In this document: positions 25,088 to 38,551 of the stretch, in pieces
How the letters are laid out: each line of letters begins with the position of its first letter
Position numbering within the stretch: position 1 is the stretch's first letter
Assembly (NCBI GenBank): GCA_964187785.1
Contig: OZ076409.1
Location: 74,774,001 to 74,838,000, forward strand
Length of the DNA stretch: 64,000 bases
Source: Amphiscolops sp. MND2022
Taxonomy: Eukaryota
Direction of reading: 5' to 3'
Made by a program: the position numbers and the translations under genes
Notes under the pieces: generated by a model
The model's input: only the letters and a program-made list of their open reading frames with translations
What the model was told of the DNA's origin: nothing
Database searches by the model: none

Positions 25088-26361
25088 CTAGGTGGCCGGG
25101 AACTTTTTTTCCTGCATTTTTCTGTCCAATTGGGGGAGGGGCCCCAAGTGGCTGTTATCCGGTTTTACTACCTACCCTAAACACGCTCAAAAAATGACGA
25201 TCTCGAAAACCACCCCTTAGATTTTCCTGAAACTTTGCATACAGGCCTAGAATCAAATCCTAAGAACTATTTCCTACTGGCGTTTTTCCGAATTTTTTCA
25301 AAAAGTTGGTCAAAAATGCAACAAAAGTTGCCAATGGACATAAAAAACGCAACTTTTCGACTTTGAGGGCTCATAACTTTTTCCAGAGTGCCCGGAGCAA
25401 TTCACACAGTGAGAACAATATTGCTCAGCATTGTTGGAGGAGTGCGTGGACAAATTTGGGGTTGAATTGGATGAAAATTGACTGAGAAATAAACGAAAAT
25501 TTTGGTGCATTTGTTGCAAATACCAGTTTATCTCTGCCATTTTCGCCCAAAATTTTTCCCAGAGCCTTTACAGGAGGCAACCCCTGCCCAAATTTCTGCC
25601 GAGCAAACCCTTTTGGCCCTAAATACGAGGTTTCAGCGTTCTAGCATTTCCTGGCAAAAAGTTGTGAGACTCAGAAAAATTTCAAAAAAACGCAAAAATT
25701 GTAAAAATTAACTTCTGGCGTCCCAAAGTCAAAAAACTTTCACACAACTAGTATTGCAAGTGAATGCATGTGGAAAGTACTTGCATAGACGAGAAAAATG
25801 AGCTATAGAACGACTCTGTAGCTTAATCTGACGTTGACTTATGACATTTTGAGTGTGAGCTTCCTATAGGATTTTAATGTCAAAAATGAGATTTTGTAAG
25901 TCATGTCTAATCAAAAACTCATCGGAATACGTTCAATCATCCCCATAGCTGTTCAATTACAGTGGCTCAGTAGAGCAACGCCATTTAATGTCCTTGGACC
26001 CATTTTGAAAATTTTCCTTACCGTCTTATTCGTCCGATATCACGAAACAGTTGAGTACATTCCATCTCCCCCCTTGTGGGGGAGATGAGAATGTACTCGC
26101 CAAAGACCTGATACAGTGGCCCATATTGAGTTTTATTTGACTTTTCTCACGATATTGCACACGGATAGCTGTGTTTGGTAAAAGTTTTCCTTTGCACAAT
26201 GTCTCCAGAAGCTAAACCACTTCTTTAGCTTACACTTCTACTCAAACATCACCAACGTCAACGCCACATACTCGCATCAACGCCCACCGTCCGTGGGCAT
26301 GCCGAGGCATGCCCTTCGACGACGTATGCCAAATAGCGCCACAGGGCGCCCCCAATTTCCG
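25088..26361 (+). mobile_element. Unit U14, type G, 1274 bp (single copy here)
   Basis: Head CTAGGTGGCCGGGAACTTTT; shared motifs present. Confidence 0.7.
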
Positions 26362-27751
26362 CTAGGTGGTCGGGTATTTTTTTTTACTCGTAGATGGCGT
26401 TTGCGAGGCTTTGGGGAGGGCCCCGTGCCGAGCCTGTACCGAAATTTACCACATACCAGAAGTGTCCGATTTAATCGAGATCTCAAAAACTAACCGTTAG
26501 AATTCTCTGAAATTTCGCATGTGGCCCCTAATCAATGAGTAATGAAAAAGTGTAGGAGTGACGGTTGCTGAAAAACTTGTCTTTGTTGCACTTTTTGCGC
26601 AATTTTTGTCGCATTGTTGCGTTTTTTATGTCATTTTCGACTTTTCAAGCAAAAAACTCATAGATGCTTTGTTCCTAGCGTATCAAGTGTGGAGCACGAA
26701 AAGTTGCAGCATCTTCCATTACGTATGCTGAGAAAATTTGGTTGCCCTCGGATTACCCCCCACAGAGATAGAGGGGTGCATCCGGGTGTTTTTGACCCCT
26801 AAATTTGGGAAATTGCTAATTTTCGTAATAAAGCCGTAGATTTAGCGCGTGCACACCCTGCTGAAGATTTGTTAGGCATTTTGAGATAGATCCGATGACA
26901 TGCGTTGAGTTCACCCCCATCACCCCCTTGACCGGAAATGAACGTTTTTGTGCACTTTCAGACCGGAAGTCTCCATTTTCACCGGTAAGGAGGCATTGTA
27001 CGAGCAACTAGCAGGATATCAAAAGTGAAGTATAACCTGGGGTCAACTTAATGACCACGTGTTGTCCAGTCATGGGTTTCGCTATGACCGGAAATGGGCT
27101 TAAAACCCCCTTTTGGTAGTATTTTTATCAATTTTCCTTGTGCTTGGTCCACATTCAAGTTGCGTAAGTCAGTTGAACCAGTGAGAGCATAAAATATATA
27201 TTCACTGCGTAGTCGTAACTGACACTGCCAGATACCGGAAGTAACCCCCTGTGACCGGAAGAGGTCAATTTTGACCGGAAATGGTCCAAAAAGTAGCGTA
27301 AATGCAGTTTTCAAGGCTTTTTAAGGTCAAGTTATTAGTATCTTTCAATTTGAATGCTTTTTTCCACGCAAAAAGCTAACATCGTTGCATGTTTTGCTGA
27401 AGATCGGAAAAGTGATTACCATTATCACCCCCGATAGCCTTTCAAGTTGACCTTTGGTCAATCTTGAAGGCTATCTGTTCTGAAAACGAAAAATAGTGGA
27501 ATTTTGTTTCCTCCTTTCTCTTGATATTTTTCCTTCAAGTCAATTTGTCAAAAAAAAGACATTTGTTCAACTGAGTTATCTGAATCCTGTCCAGAGGTGT
27601 CACCCGGACGAATACCATTTCAAGCTGAAGTACACAAATCAGGGTAGTATTAGACATCACACACTCCTACCAACTCCCACCGTCTGTGGGCATGCCGAGG
27701 CATGCCCTTCGACGACGTATGCCAAATAGCGCTACAGGGCACCCACATTTG
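26362..27751 (+). mobile_element. Unit U15, type C, 1390 bp
   Basis: Same head as U4 but a different tail. Confidence 0.7.
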
Positions 27752-29133
27752 CTAGGTGGTTGGGGCGGTCCCCAGAACGCACAAGGAGGCGCGGGGAGGG
27801 TCCTGCGCCGACGTAGAATAATTTCATATAATACTAGTATCCTACATGGGTGTTTTAGAGGCGATTTTGGAATCTAACCGTAGGATTTGGATAATTTTTT
27901 GCATGCGGCCATAGCTCGAAATTCTAAGAACTTTTTCCTACTGTCATTTTCCCCGCAAATTGTTTTTTGTTGGCCGAAAAACCGGAAATAACGTCCTTTT
28001 TAGACGTTATATCCGAAGTGTCGTCATAACTTTTTTCCAGGGCATGCTAGCGTTCTCGTTCACTTTTACACTTAGTTGCAGCATCTCAAAATACAACTGG
28101 TGGAAAATTTTGGTTGCATTCGCATCACCCCCCACCGAGATAGAAGGGTTCCCCCCTCCAGTTTTACCCCCCAAATTTTCAAAATAGCCAATTTTGAGCA
28201 TGAAGCCGAGGATTTAGCGTACCCGCACCCTCCTGATGTTTTGTTGTACGTATTGGGGTCAATCTGACGACATGTGTGGTTTTCACCCCCAACCCCCCCT
28301 TGGACCGGAAATGACACTTTTTTGTGTTTTTTGGCAGATTTTAGCCTTTTTCATTATTAGGCAGTCGTTTTAGGGACTCCTAGCAGGATATCGAAATTGA
28401 AATACAACCTGATCACAACCCAGTGACAACATGTTGGCCACTTGGAGGTATCATCATGACCGGAAGTGGGGTCAACCCCTCTTTTTGTGACCGCTTTTTG
28501 ACCTTGTGCACCAAAATGCCAACATCTTGAGGCCTAATGAGGCATTCAAATCTGTACAAAGATAAAATGTTAGACAACCGAAGTCCCGGAAGATCTTCAG
28601 CATATACCGGAAGTTACCCCCCATGACCGGAAGTTACCCAATGTGACCGGAAATGGTCTAAAAATTAATGTAAAGTTGAATTTTTCACTATTTCAAGACC
28701 ACTTAATTGAAACTTTTCAATCTCAAAACTAGCGTACTGGCTTGTTTTGCTGAATTTATGGAAATTGATGAGCTCTATCGCCCCCGATAGCCTTCGAAGT
28801 TGACCTTGCGTCAACTTTGGAGGCTATCGATAAAGAAAAATGAACAACAAAGTACATTGTTGCTCTCGTTTTTCTCCCGTTGTTTTTCCTCAAACATTCT
28901 TGAGACAAATACATGGCCGTTAGTTGAAATCAATATTTAGCCCATGTTATAGCTGGAGCAGCGAAGCGTTACACAGACTAGTGTGGTTTTGAAATCACAC
29001 TATTTAAATTAACAACTGACCGTCTTAGTCAACTCCACACATTCATACCAACGCCCACCGTCTGTGGGCATGCCGAGGCATGCCCTTCGACGACGTATGA
29101 CGAATACACTCCAACGACAACCGCAGTCCTCAG
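27752..29133 (+). mobile_element. Unit U16, type A, 1382 bp
   Basis: Near-identical to U2/U6. Confidence 0.7.
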
Positions 29134-30525
29134 CTAGGTGGTCGGGGCGGTCCCCAGAACGCACATGGAGGCGCGGGGAGGGTCCTGCGCCGACGTAGAA
29201 TAATTTCATAAAATACTATTATCCTACATGGGTGTTTTGGAAGCGATTTTGGAACCTACCCGTCAGATTTGGATAATTTTTTGCATGCAGCCATAACTCG
29301 AAATTCTAAGAACTTTTTCTTTCTGTCATTTTCCCCGCAAATTGTTTTTTGTTGACTTATGGCCGAAAAACCGGAAATAACGTCCTTTTTAGACGTTATA
29401 TCCGAAGTGTCGTCATAACTTTTTTCCAGGGCATGATAGCGTTCTCCTTCACTTTTACACTTTGTTTTAGCATCTCAAAATACAACTGGTGGAAAATTTT
29501 GGTTGCATTCGGATCACCCCCCACCGAGATAGAAGGGTTCCCCCCTCCAGTTTTACCCCCCAAAATTGAAAAAATACCAATTTTGAGCATGAAGCCGTGG
29601 ATTTAGCGAATCCTCACCCCCCTGATGTTTTGTCGGACATGTTAGGGTCAATCTGGTGACATGTGTGGTTTTCACCCCCAACCCCCCCTGGGACCGGAAA
29701 TGACACTTTTTTGTGTTTTTTGACAAAAATGAGCCTTTTTGATTAGTAGGGAGTCGTTTTTGGGCCTCCTAGCAGGATATCGAAGTTGAAATACAACTTG
29801 ATCACAACCCAGTGACAACATGTTGGCCAGTTGCAGGTACCATCATGACCGGAAGTGGGGTCAAACCCCCCTTTTTGTGACCGCTTTTTGAACTTGTGCA
29901 CCAAAATGCCAACAACTTGAGGCCTAATGACGCATTCAAATCTGTACAAAGATAGAACGTTAGACAACGGAAGTCCCGCAAGCTCTTTAGCATATACCGG
30001 ACGTCACCCCCCATGACCGGAAGTTGTCCAGTATGACCGGAAATGGTCCAAAAATTCATGTAAAATTAACTTTTTCACTTATTGAAGACCACTTCGTTGA
30101 ACATTTTCAATCCCAAAACTAGCGTACTAGCTGGTGGCGTTGAATTTATGGAAACTGAGGAGCTTTATCACCCCCGATAGCCTTCGAAGTTGACCTTGCG
30201 TCAACTTTGGAGGCTATCGATTCTGAAAATGAACAACAAAGTACTTTGTTGCTCTCGTTTTTTTTTTCCGTTTTTTTCCTCAAATATTGTTGAGACATAC
30301 ACATGGCCGTTAGTTAAAATCAATATTTTAGCCCATGTTATAGCGTGAGTAGCGAAGCGTTACACAGGCTGGTGTGGTTTTGAACTGTAATTATTTTAAA
30401 CTAAAAAAAGACCCTCTTAGTCAACTCCACACATTCATACCAACGCCCACCGTCTGTGGGCATGCCGAGGCATGCCCTTCGACGACGTATGACGAATCCA
30501 TTCCAACGACACCCGCAGTCCTCAG
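29134..30525 (+). mobile_element. Unit U17, type A variant, 1392 bp
   Basis: A head and tail with a more diverged interior. Confidence 0.7.
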
Positions 30526-32718
30526 CTAGGTGGAGGTTATTTTATAATAATTAATGTGTTTTTTTCCGGAGTTTGTGGCTTTGGAAAAAACAAAAGGCGA
30601 GAAATCGGGCACTCCGGGCTGAACCGTATACACTCAAATTTCGCCCATTTTTTATACGATCTCGAAACTCAGCCGTACGATTTGGCTGAAAATTTGCATG
30701 CGGCTACAAATTGAGATTCTAAGAACTATTTCCTGGTGACATTTTTTTGAAATTTTTGTGTACGTTTCCCCCCCGCCCCCTAAAGGGGCCAATTTTCCCC
30801 ACTTTTGCACTTATGAGTCAAATTCTCAAAACTGGTGGATCTGAGCGTATTCCCGCCGGGGACAACTTTTAACAAGCGCTCCTCAGTAGACCTTCATGAC
30901 TTTTTACTTTGGTGGTACGTTCACCCCCCGAGGAGGAAATTGCGTTTTTGTGACTTCCGGTCGAGGCTTTTTTCACCCAAAAATTAGATTTAAGCCAGTT
31001 TTGAGCAGGAAGGAGTGGATTTAAAGTGCCTGTACCCTGCTAAAAATTTGTTGGGCTTGTAGCGATATATCTCATACCAAGTCTGGTTTTCACCCCCAAA
31101 CCCCCCTTGAGACCAAAATTCACCCAAAGTTTTTTACCTCTGTTTGTAGTTTTTTTACCGAATATCGTCATTTCCATGGGTAAGGAGTTGAATTAGGGGC
31201 TCCTAATAGGGTACCAATGTTCAAGTACACTTGCAGTGCAACTGATTGACCCTTTTTGGGCCTCTCCTGTGTTCGGCAAGGACCGGAAGCGGTGTAACCC
31301 CCCCTTTTTTGACGTTTGTTGACCTTGAGACTCGCGCTTAGATGACGTTTATGTCGCGCGAATCCTACAAACAAGTATTAGGATGACATGCTAGCCAACT
31401 AGAGAGCAGTAAGGGAAACAATATTATACCGGAAGTAACCCCCCGTGACCGGAAGTTGTCATTTTTGACCGCAAATGGTCCAAAACCTAGCGTAAAAGCA
31501 GTTTTTCATTGCTTTTAAAGTCAACTTCTTACATTTTTCAATCTGCGCGAGCTTTTCTTCAGGTTCGTTTTTGTTGCCAGTGCACAGCAACGAATATACA
31601 ACTGTAAAATTTTCGCTATAAAATTGTCGGAGAGAGAAATAACGGATTATTTGGACTTTTTTTCAAAAATATTAGTCTACATCTGTCATTTTTACCCAAT
31701 GTTACTCAACAGTAGAACCACAGGTTTTATTCTCTGCCCAAAAATATGCCTAACAAATTCACCTGTCCCTTTGGTTGCAGTTTGAGCATTCTAGCTTTAC
31801 CTGGTCACAAGTTAGGGGACTTGAAAAAGTTTCAAAAATTTTTCCGAAAAATTTTTCTAAACGTCATGTCTCCCAAAGTTAAGAAACTTCCGCACAACTA
31901 GGATTACAAGTGAATGCACGTGGTAAGACCTGAAATTGGAGAGAAAAATTCAGTTTGGAACGTCTCTTTATCGTAACGTGACGTTAAGAGAAGTTGCTTT
32001 GAATGCGAGCTTGATGAGACGTCGAGAAGTAACAGTGTGTAAATGGAACCTATGTCTCGACAAATACTCATCGGAATACATGAGATGAACCCCAATTACC
32101 CTCAATTTCAGTTGCCTAGTACAACAACGTCTTCCAAGGACCCTTTAATCTTTTTGATAAGCGTTGAAGTCATCATTAGCTTGAGTTCGCAAGAAACAAT
32201 TGAGTACATTCTCATCTCTCCCCATCGGGTGAGATGAGAATGTTTTTGCTAAAAGCCAGGTACTACGGCCCAATTTTGTTTTATTGCGACGCATTCTGTG
32301 CTTTAGCACATAGATACTTTTATTCCGTCTCACTTTTTGTATACACTCTGATTTGTTGTTATAAATTTCTCGTCATTACTTTACATAAACTAATTACCAT
32401 AAAACTTTAACGTCAAAGCCACATTCATTTAGACGCCCACCATTCCGTAGGTATGCCGAGGTATGCCATTCAAAGATGTATGCCAAACGCAAATGCGATA
32501 AAATTAGTGCTGAAAATCGGAAACAGTGACAAACAGTTTTGACTTTTTGATATTTGTTAGGTTTTCATATGGAACTTACACATCACTGACAATTCAAAAC
32601 ATTCCAGCTGACGCTCACATACAAACATCAACGCCCACCGTCTGTGGGCATGCCGAGGCATGCCCTTCGACGACGTATAGCAAATTCCTTTAATATCTAC
32701 ACCCAATTGCGGTAGCAG
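30526..32718 (+). mobile_element. Unit U18, type B, 2193 bp
   Basis: Near-identical to U3. Confidence 0.7.
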
Positions 32719-35098
32719 CTAGGTGGTCGGGGTGTGTTTCCCAGCCGTTTTTGCCGCGCGGGGAGGGACCCGTTCAGCGGCCCTGGTAATTCAAAATGTA
32801 CATTCAAAAAGTGACCACCCTGAAAGCGATTTCGAAACCCACCCGTAGGATCCCTCTGAATTTTTGCATACACCTCCGTATAACAGATGTAAGAAAAAGT
32901 CAGCAAGGGCGTTTTCAGTTCTAAACGGGGAATGTTGACCAAAAAGCGCAATTTATGTCCAAAAAAATGCAATTTTTCGACTTTTTTATTTTTGACGGTC
33001 AACAGCTCTTTTCCAGATGCCCGCCCAAGTCATAAACCGGAGAGAGCTTTTGTTGGGCACTTCGTGAAGAATCTTCAGGGTGATTTTCATTTCAATCGTA
33101 TTTCCTGACGTTGACTTTTATGTGACGCAATTAGGTGACAAATTGGGTGAAAAAACGCAATTTTGGTACTATAGGGCTCATAACTCGTTACAGAGTCAGT
33201 TTAGCAAGTTCATTTATATTTACGTTTTTGTTGTCTATCTATAAACAAACAATTAGGCAGAGACAAAATTTTCTGTGAAACATCGTGAAAAAAAGATATC
33301 ACAGGTGTAAAAAACGCAAAAAATGTACTTTTTCGGATTTCGTGGAAAAAATTCAAAAAAGTCACATCTACCGGCTGTTTCAGGTAGCGGGGTTTTTATT
33401 GCAGTTAATAGCTTACCTTTAGCAGTCATTTACTTGGATGGTTTTTGATTTTGATGAATTGCATGAAAACTTTCATTTTTTGCCTCACCAATATTGACAC
33501 CCACGACTACAGTCGATTTTTCGAAATCACGTATTTAACTGGATATAACGTTTTTCCTGTGCGTTTTACGGTCCTCACACAGGGGTGCAAAATTGTTCCC
33601 CGTCTTAAACAGAGGGCATATGGTGAGTTTAGAGTAATTTGAAACGTTTTTGAAATGTCCAGAGATGAACAAATTTACGGTTTTTTTGCCCACAAAACAC
33701 TATTTTACGAAACCCAACACGTTTTGCCAAAAAAGACAAACTTCGTCCACACAACTTAGATTGCAAGTGGATGCATGCGAAGAGCACTTGAAATGACGAG
33801 AAAAATGAGCTATAGAACGTTCCTTTACGACCACCTGACGTGGACTTAAGATAATTTGAAAAATCACAAAAAAGAACAACGGTTCCAAAACAATCAGTTT
33901 GTAGTAAATGGCCAAAAACTCCATACACAACCCTCCGCGCAAGATAGTGTACGAGTACGTTTTTATAACCAGTGAGCAGTGCAACAAATAAGCAAAAGTA
34001 AAACTTTATGTAGAAAATCGTCGGGAAAAGAAAAACGGGATTTTATATCACATTTAGGTGACAAAATTCAAAAATCAGTCTATCCATGGCATTTTCCTTA
34101 ATATTTTTCGACAATACACCCACACTGGGTAAAATCTGCCTAAAATTGTGCCTACTAATACTATTTGATCATTTGGCCGCAAATTGAGCGTTCTAGTTTC
34201 CCCAGTCAAAAATTATGGGACTTCGAAATTTTTCAAAATTTTCATTTTTCAACAAAATTTCAACTTCAGGCCTCCCAAAGGTAAGAAAAACCCACACAAC
34301 TAGGATTGCAAGTGGATGCATGTGGAAAGTACTTGAATAGACGAGATTAATGGGCTTTAGAACGTCTCTCTATCGTATTTTGACGTTGACTTATGATGTT
34401 TTGAATGTGAGTTTGCTAAGGGGTCGAGAAGTCAAAGTGTAAAAGTGGAACATATGTCTCGTCGAAAACTCATCGGTATACATGCAATGAACCCCAATCA
34501 CCCTCAATTACAGATGACTAGTGCAACAACGTCTGTCAAGGACATTTTTTGATAAGTGTCGAAATCACTACTAAATTCAGTTAGTAAGAAACTCTTGGGT
34601 ACATTCTCATCTCTCCCCATCGGGGGAGATGAGAATGTACTTGCTAAAACGGTATCTTTTGTTTTCATGCGAGACATTATGTGCTTCGGCACATAGAAAA
34701 CTTTGTGTTGTCTGACTTTTCGTATATACGTTAATTTTTCATGAATTTTCTCGTCATTACGTAACAAAAACTTTCTACCATTCACCTTTAACTTTAGATT
34801 CCTAATAATAAATTTAGACTCCTGTCGTCGAAAAACATACTGAGGCATGTTTTTCGACGACGTATGCCGAAACATAAATGCGAACAAAAGTGCTGAATTT
34901 CAGAATCAGTGACAAACAATTTTGACTATTTGACATATGGTAGCTTTTTATATGGATCTTACACATCACTGATATTTCACAACATTCCAGCTGACGCCCA
35001 CAATCCAACATCAACGCCCATCGTCTGTGGGCATGCCGAGGCATGCCCTTCGACGACGTATGGCTAATACCTTCAACGACGCCCCCACCTTCCCCCGT
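32719..35098 (+). mobile_element. Unit U19, type D variant, 2380 bp
   Basis: Near-identical to the adjacent U20. Confidence 0.7.
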
Positions 35099-37480
35099 CT
35101 AGGTGGTCGGGGTGTGTTTCCCAGCCGATTTTGCCGCGCGGGGAGGGACCCGTTCAGCGGCCCTGGTAATTCAAAATGTACATTCAAAAAGTGACCACCC
35201 TGAAAGCGATTTCGAAACCCACCCGTAGGATCCCTCTGAATTTTTGCATACACCTCCGTATAACAGATGTAAGAAAAAGTCAGCAAGGGCGTTTTCAGTT
35301 CTAAACGGGGAATGTTGACCAAAAAGCGCAATTTATGTCCAAAAAAATGCAATTTTTCGACTTTTTTATTTTTGACGGTCAACAGCTCTTTTCCAGATGC
35401 CCGCCCAAGTCATAAACCGGAGAGAGCTTTTGTTGGGCACTTCGTGAAGAATCTTCAGGGTGATTTTCATTTCAATCGTATTTCCTGACGTTGACTTTTA
35501 TGTGACGCAATTAGGTGACAAATTGGGTGAAAAAACGCAATTTTGGTACTCAAGGGCTCATAACTCGTTACAGAGTCAGTTTAGCAAGTTCATTTATATT
35601 TACGTTTTTGTTGTCTTTCTATAAACAAACAATTAGGCAGGGACAAAATTTTCTGTGAAACATCGTGAAAAAAAGATATCACAGGTGTAAAAAACGCAAA
35701 AAATGTACTTTTTCGGATTTCGTGGAAAAAATTCAAAAAAGTCGCATCTACCGGCTGTTTCAGGTAGCGGGGTTTTTATTGCAGTTAATAGCTTACCTTT
35801 AGCAGTCATTTACTTGGATGGTTTTTGATTTTGATGAATTGCATGAAAACTTTCATTTTTTGCCTCACCAATATTGACACCCACGACTACAGTCGATTTT
35901 TCGAAATCACGTATTTAACTGGAAATAACGTTTTTCCTGTGCGTTTTACGGTCCTCACACAGGCGTGCAAAATTGTTCCCCGTCTTAAACAGAGGGCATA
36001 TGGTGAGTTTAGAGTAATTTGAAACGTTTTTGAAATGTCCAGAGATGAACAAATTTACGGTTTTTTTGCCCACAAAACACTATTTTACGAAACCCAACAC
36101 GTTTTGCCAAAAAAGACAAACTTCGTCCACACAACTTAGATTGCAAGTGGATGCATGCGAAGAGCACTTGAAATGACGAGAAAAATGAGCTATAGAACGT
36201 TCCTTTACGACAACCTGACGTGGACTTAAGATAATTTGAAAAATCACAAAAAAGAACAACGGTTCCAAAACAATCAGTTTGTAGTAAATGGCCAAAAACT
36301 CCATACACAACCCTCCGCGCAAGATAGTGTACGAGTACGTTTTTATAACCAGTGAGCAGTGCAACAAATAAGCAAAAGTAAAACTTTATGTAGAAAATCG
36401 TCGGGAAAAGAAAAACGGGATTTTATATCACATTTAGGTGACAAAATTCAAAAATCAGTCTATCCATGGCATTTTCCTTAATATTTTTCGACAATACACC
36501 CACACTGGGTAAAATCTGCCTAAAATTGTGCCTACTAATACTATTTGATCATTTGGCCGCAAATTGAGCGTTCTAGTTTCCCCAGTCAAAAATTATGGGA
36601 CTTCGAAATTTTTCAAAATTTTCATTTTTCAACAAAATTTCAACTTCAGGCCTCCCAAAGGTAAGAAAAACCCACACAACTAGGATTGCAAGTGGATGCA
36701 TGTGGAAAGTACTTGAATAGACGAGATTAATGGGCTTTAGAACGTCTCTCTATCGTATTTTGACGTTGACTTATGATGTTTTGAATGTGAGTTTGCTAAG
36801 GGGTCGAGAAGTCAAAGTGTAAAAGTGGAACATATGTCTCGTCGAAAACTCATCGGTATACATGCAATGAACCCCAATCACCCTCAATTACAGATGACTA
36901 GTGCAACAACGTCTGTCAAGGACATTTTTTGATAAGTGTCGAAATCACTACTAAATTCAGTTAGTAAGAAACTCTTGGGTACATTCTCATCTCTCCCCAT
37001 CGGGGGAGATGAGAATGTACTTGCTAAAACGGTATCTTTTGTTTTCATGCGAGACATTATGTGCTTCGGCACATAGAAAACTTTGTGTTGTCTGACTTTT
37101 CGTATATACGTTAATTTTTCATGAATTTTCTCGTCATTACGTAACAAAAACTTTCTACCATTCACCTTTAACTTTAGATTCCTATTATAATAAATTTAGA
37201 CTCCTGTCGTCGAAAAACATACTGAGGCATGTTTTTCGACGACGTATGCCGAAACATAAATGCGAACAAAAGTGCTGAATTTCAGAATCAGTGACAAACA
37301 ATTTTGAATATTTGACATATGGTAGCTTTTTATATGGATCTTACACATCACTGATATTTCACAACATTCCAGCTGACGCCCACAATCCAACATCAACGCC
37401 CATCGTCTGTGGGCATGCCGAGGCATGCCCTTCGACGACGTATGGCTAATACCTTCAACGACGCCCCCACCTTCCCCCGT
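35099..37480 (+). mobile_element. Unit U20, type D variant, 2382 bp
   Basis: Tandem near-identical copy of U19. Confidence 0.7.
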
Positions 37481-38551
37481 CTAGGTGGTCAAGGGGGATG
37501 CCCATCAGAAAATATTGCGAGGCCGGGGAGGGTCCCGAGAGCCGAGCACATTCTATCAATTCCTACCTTCAGGATTGCGAAGTATTTCAACCGATCTCGA
37601 AATTCACCCGTAGGATTTGTCTGAAACTTTGCATGTGGCTTTATCCCAAAAATTTAAGAATTTTTTTCTTCTGACGTTTTTCCAGGAAAATTCATTTTGT
37701 AGGGTTTTTTTTGCGTTTTTTTTGGTTTTTTTCATCTTTTTTCATCTTTGATTAATCAATGACCGAATCAAAGGCCATTTTCACCATGAAGGAAAGCCCG
37801 TAGCGGCAAAGTGCACTTTTATGAAAATCATCAACGGTCAACGGTCTTTCGAACGGTCCGAAAAAATTTCCCCCCGGGGGAAACCAAAGTGCCGAAAAGT
37901 GCCAAAATTATTTTTTTGACTGAATCACTTTGATCAAATTGATGATTTGAGCAGCCGGAACGGTCCGCACGGTCTCGGACAATAAGGTCAAAAATTGTCA
38001 GCATCCAATGGGGGTTCCAAAAATGTAATTCGTTCACCTGTAGGAGACATCAGAAAAAAGTTGATTTTTGGGGTATATGTCATTATGAGTGATTGGATGA
38101 GAAATACTTGTATCACTTTCAGTTGGATATGATGCAGCACAGGAAGCAGCTGCAGCAAACTTGAAACTGATTATGGGGCTGGGGTTTACCCTCTGTATCG
38201 AGCAAAATAGCCCTTGGACATAAGTTGTGCCAAAAAATGCCTCAAAGTGATGATTTGGTTATTGCAAATCGATCAGCAAAATTTATTGTCACCGGTGTTC
38301 CGAGAGTTGCGCAGCATCTCGCAGGAACAACGGTGCTTGCTTAGAAAGCAAAAAACCACAAAATCCTTTGAGTTAAGTTGACGGCAGTCACCATAGACAT
38401 TCACTCGTCAGGGTGATGATATTTATCGTTCAATCCCAGAATAACTTACAAAAAATTGCTAGCCTCAATATTTCTTTTTCATACTCCATTAGCAAAGGTT
38501 GCGCTGTTAAGTTTAGGCCTTTTACTAGCAGTGCTCTAAATCGCTCCATCG
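37481..38551 (+). mobile_element. Unit U21, type H, 1071 bp (outlier)
   Basis: Has the head hairpin (GGGGAGGGTCCC) and the +150 box. The remainder is unique here and lacks the long hairpin and terminal palindrome. Confidence 0.6.

Noticed and set aside
37867..37883. TTTCCCCCCGGGGGAAA palindrome in unit H
   Set aside because: Low-complexity and single occurrence, so it cannot be distinguished from chance.
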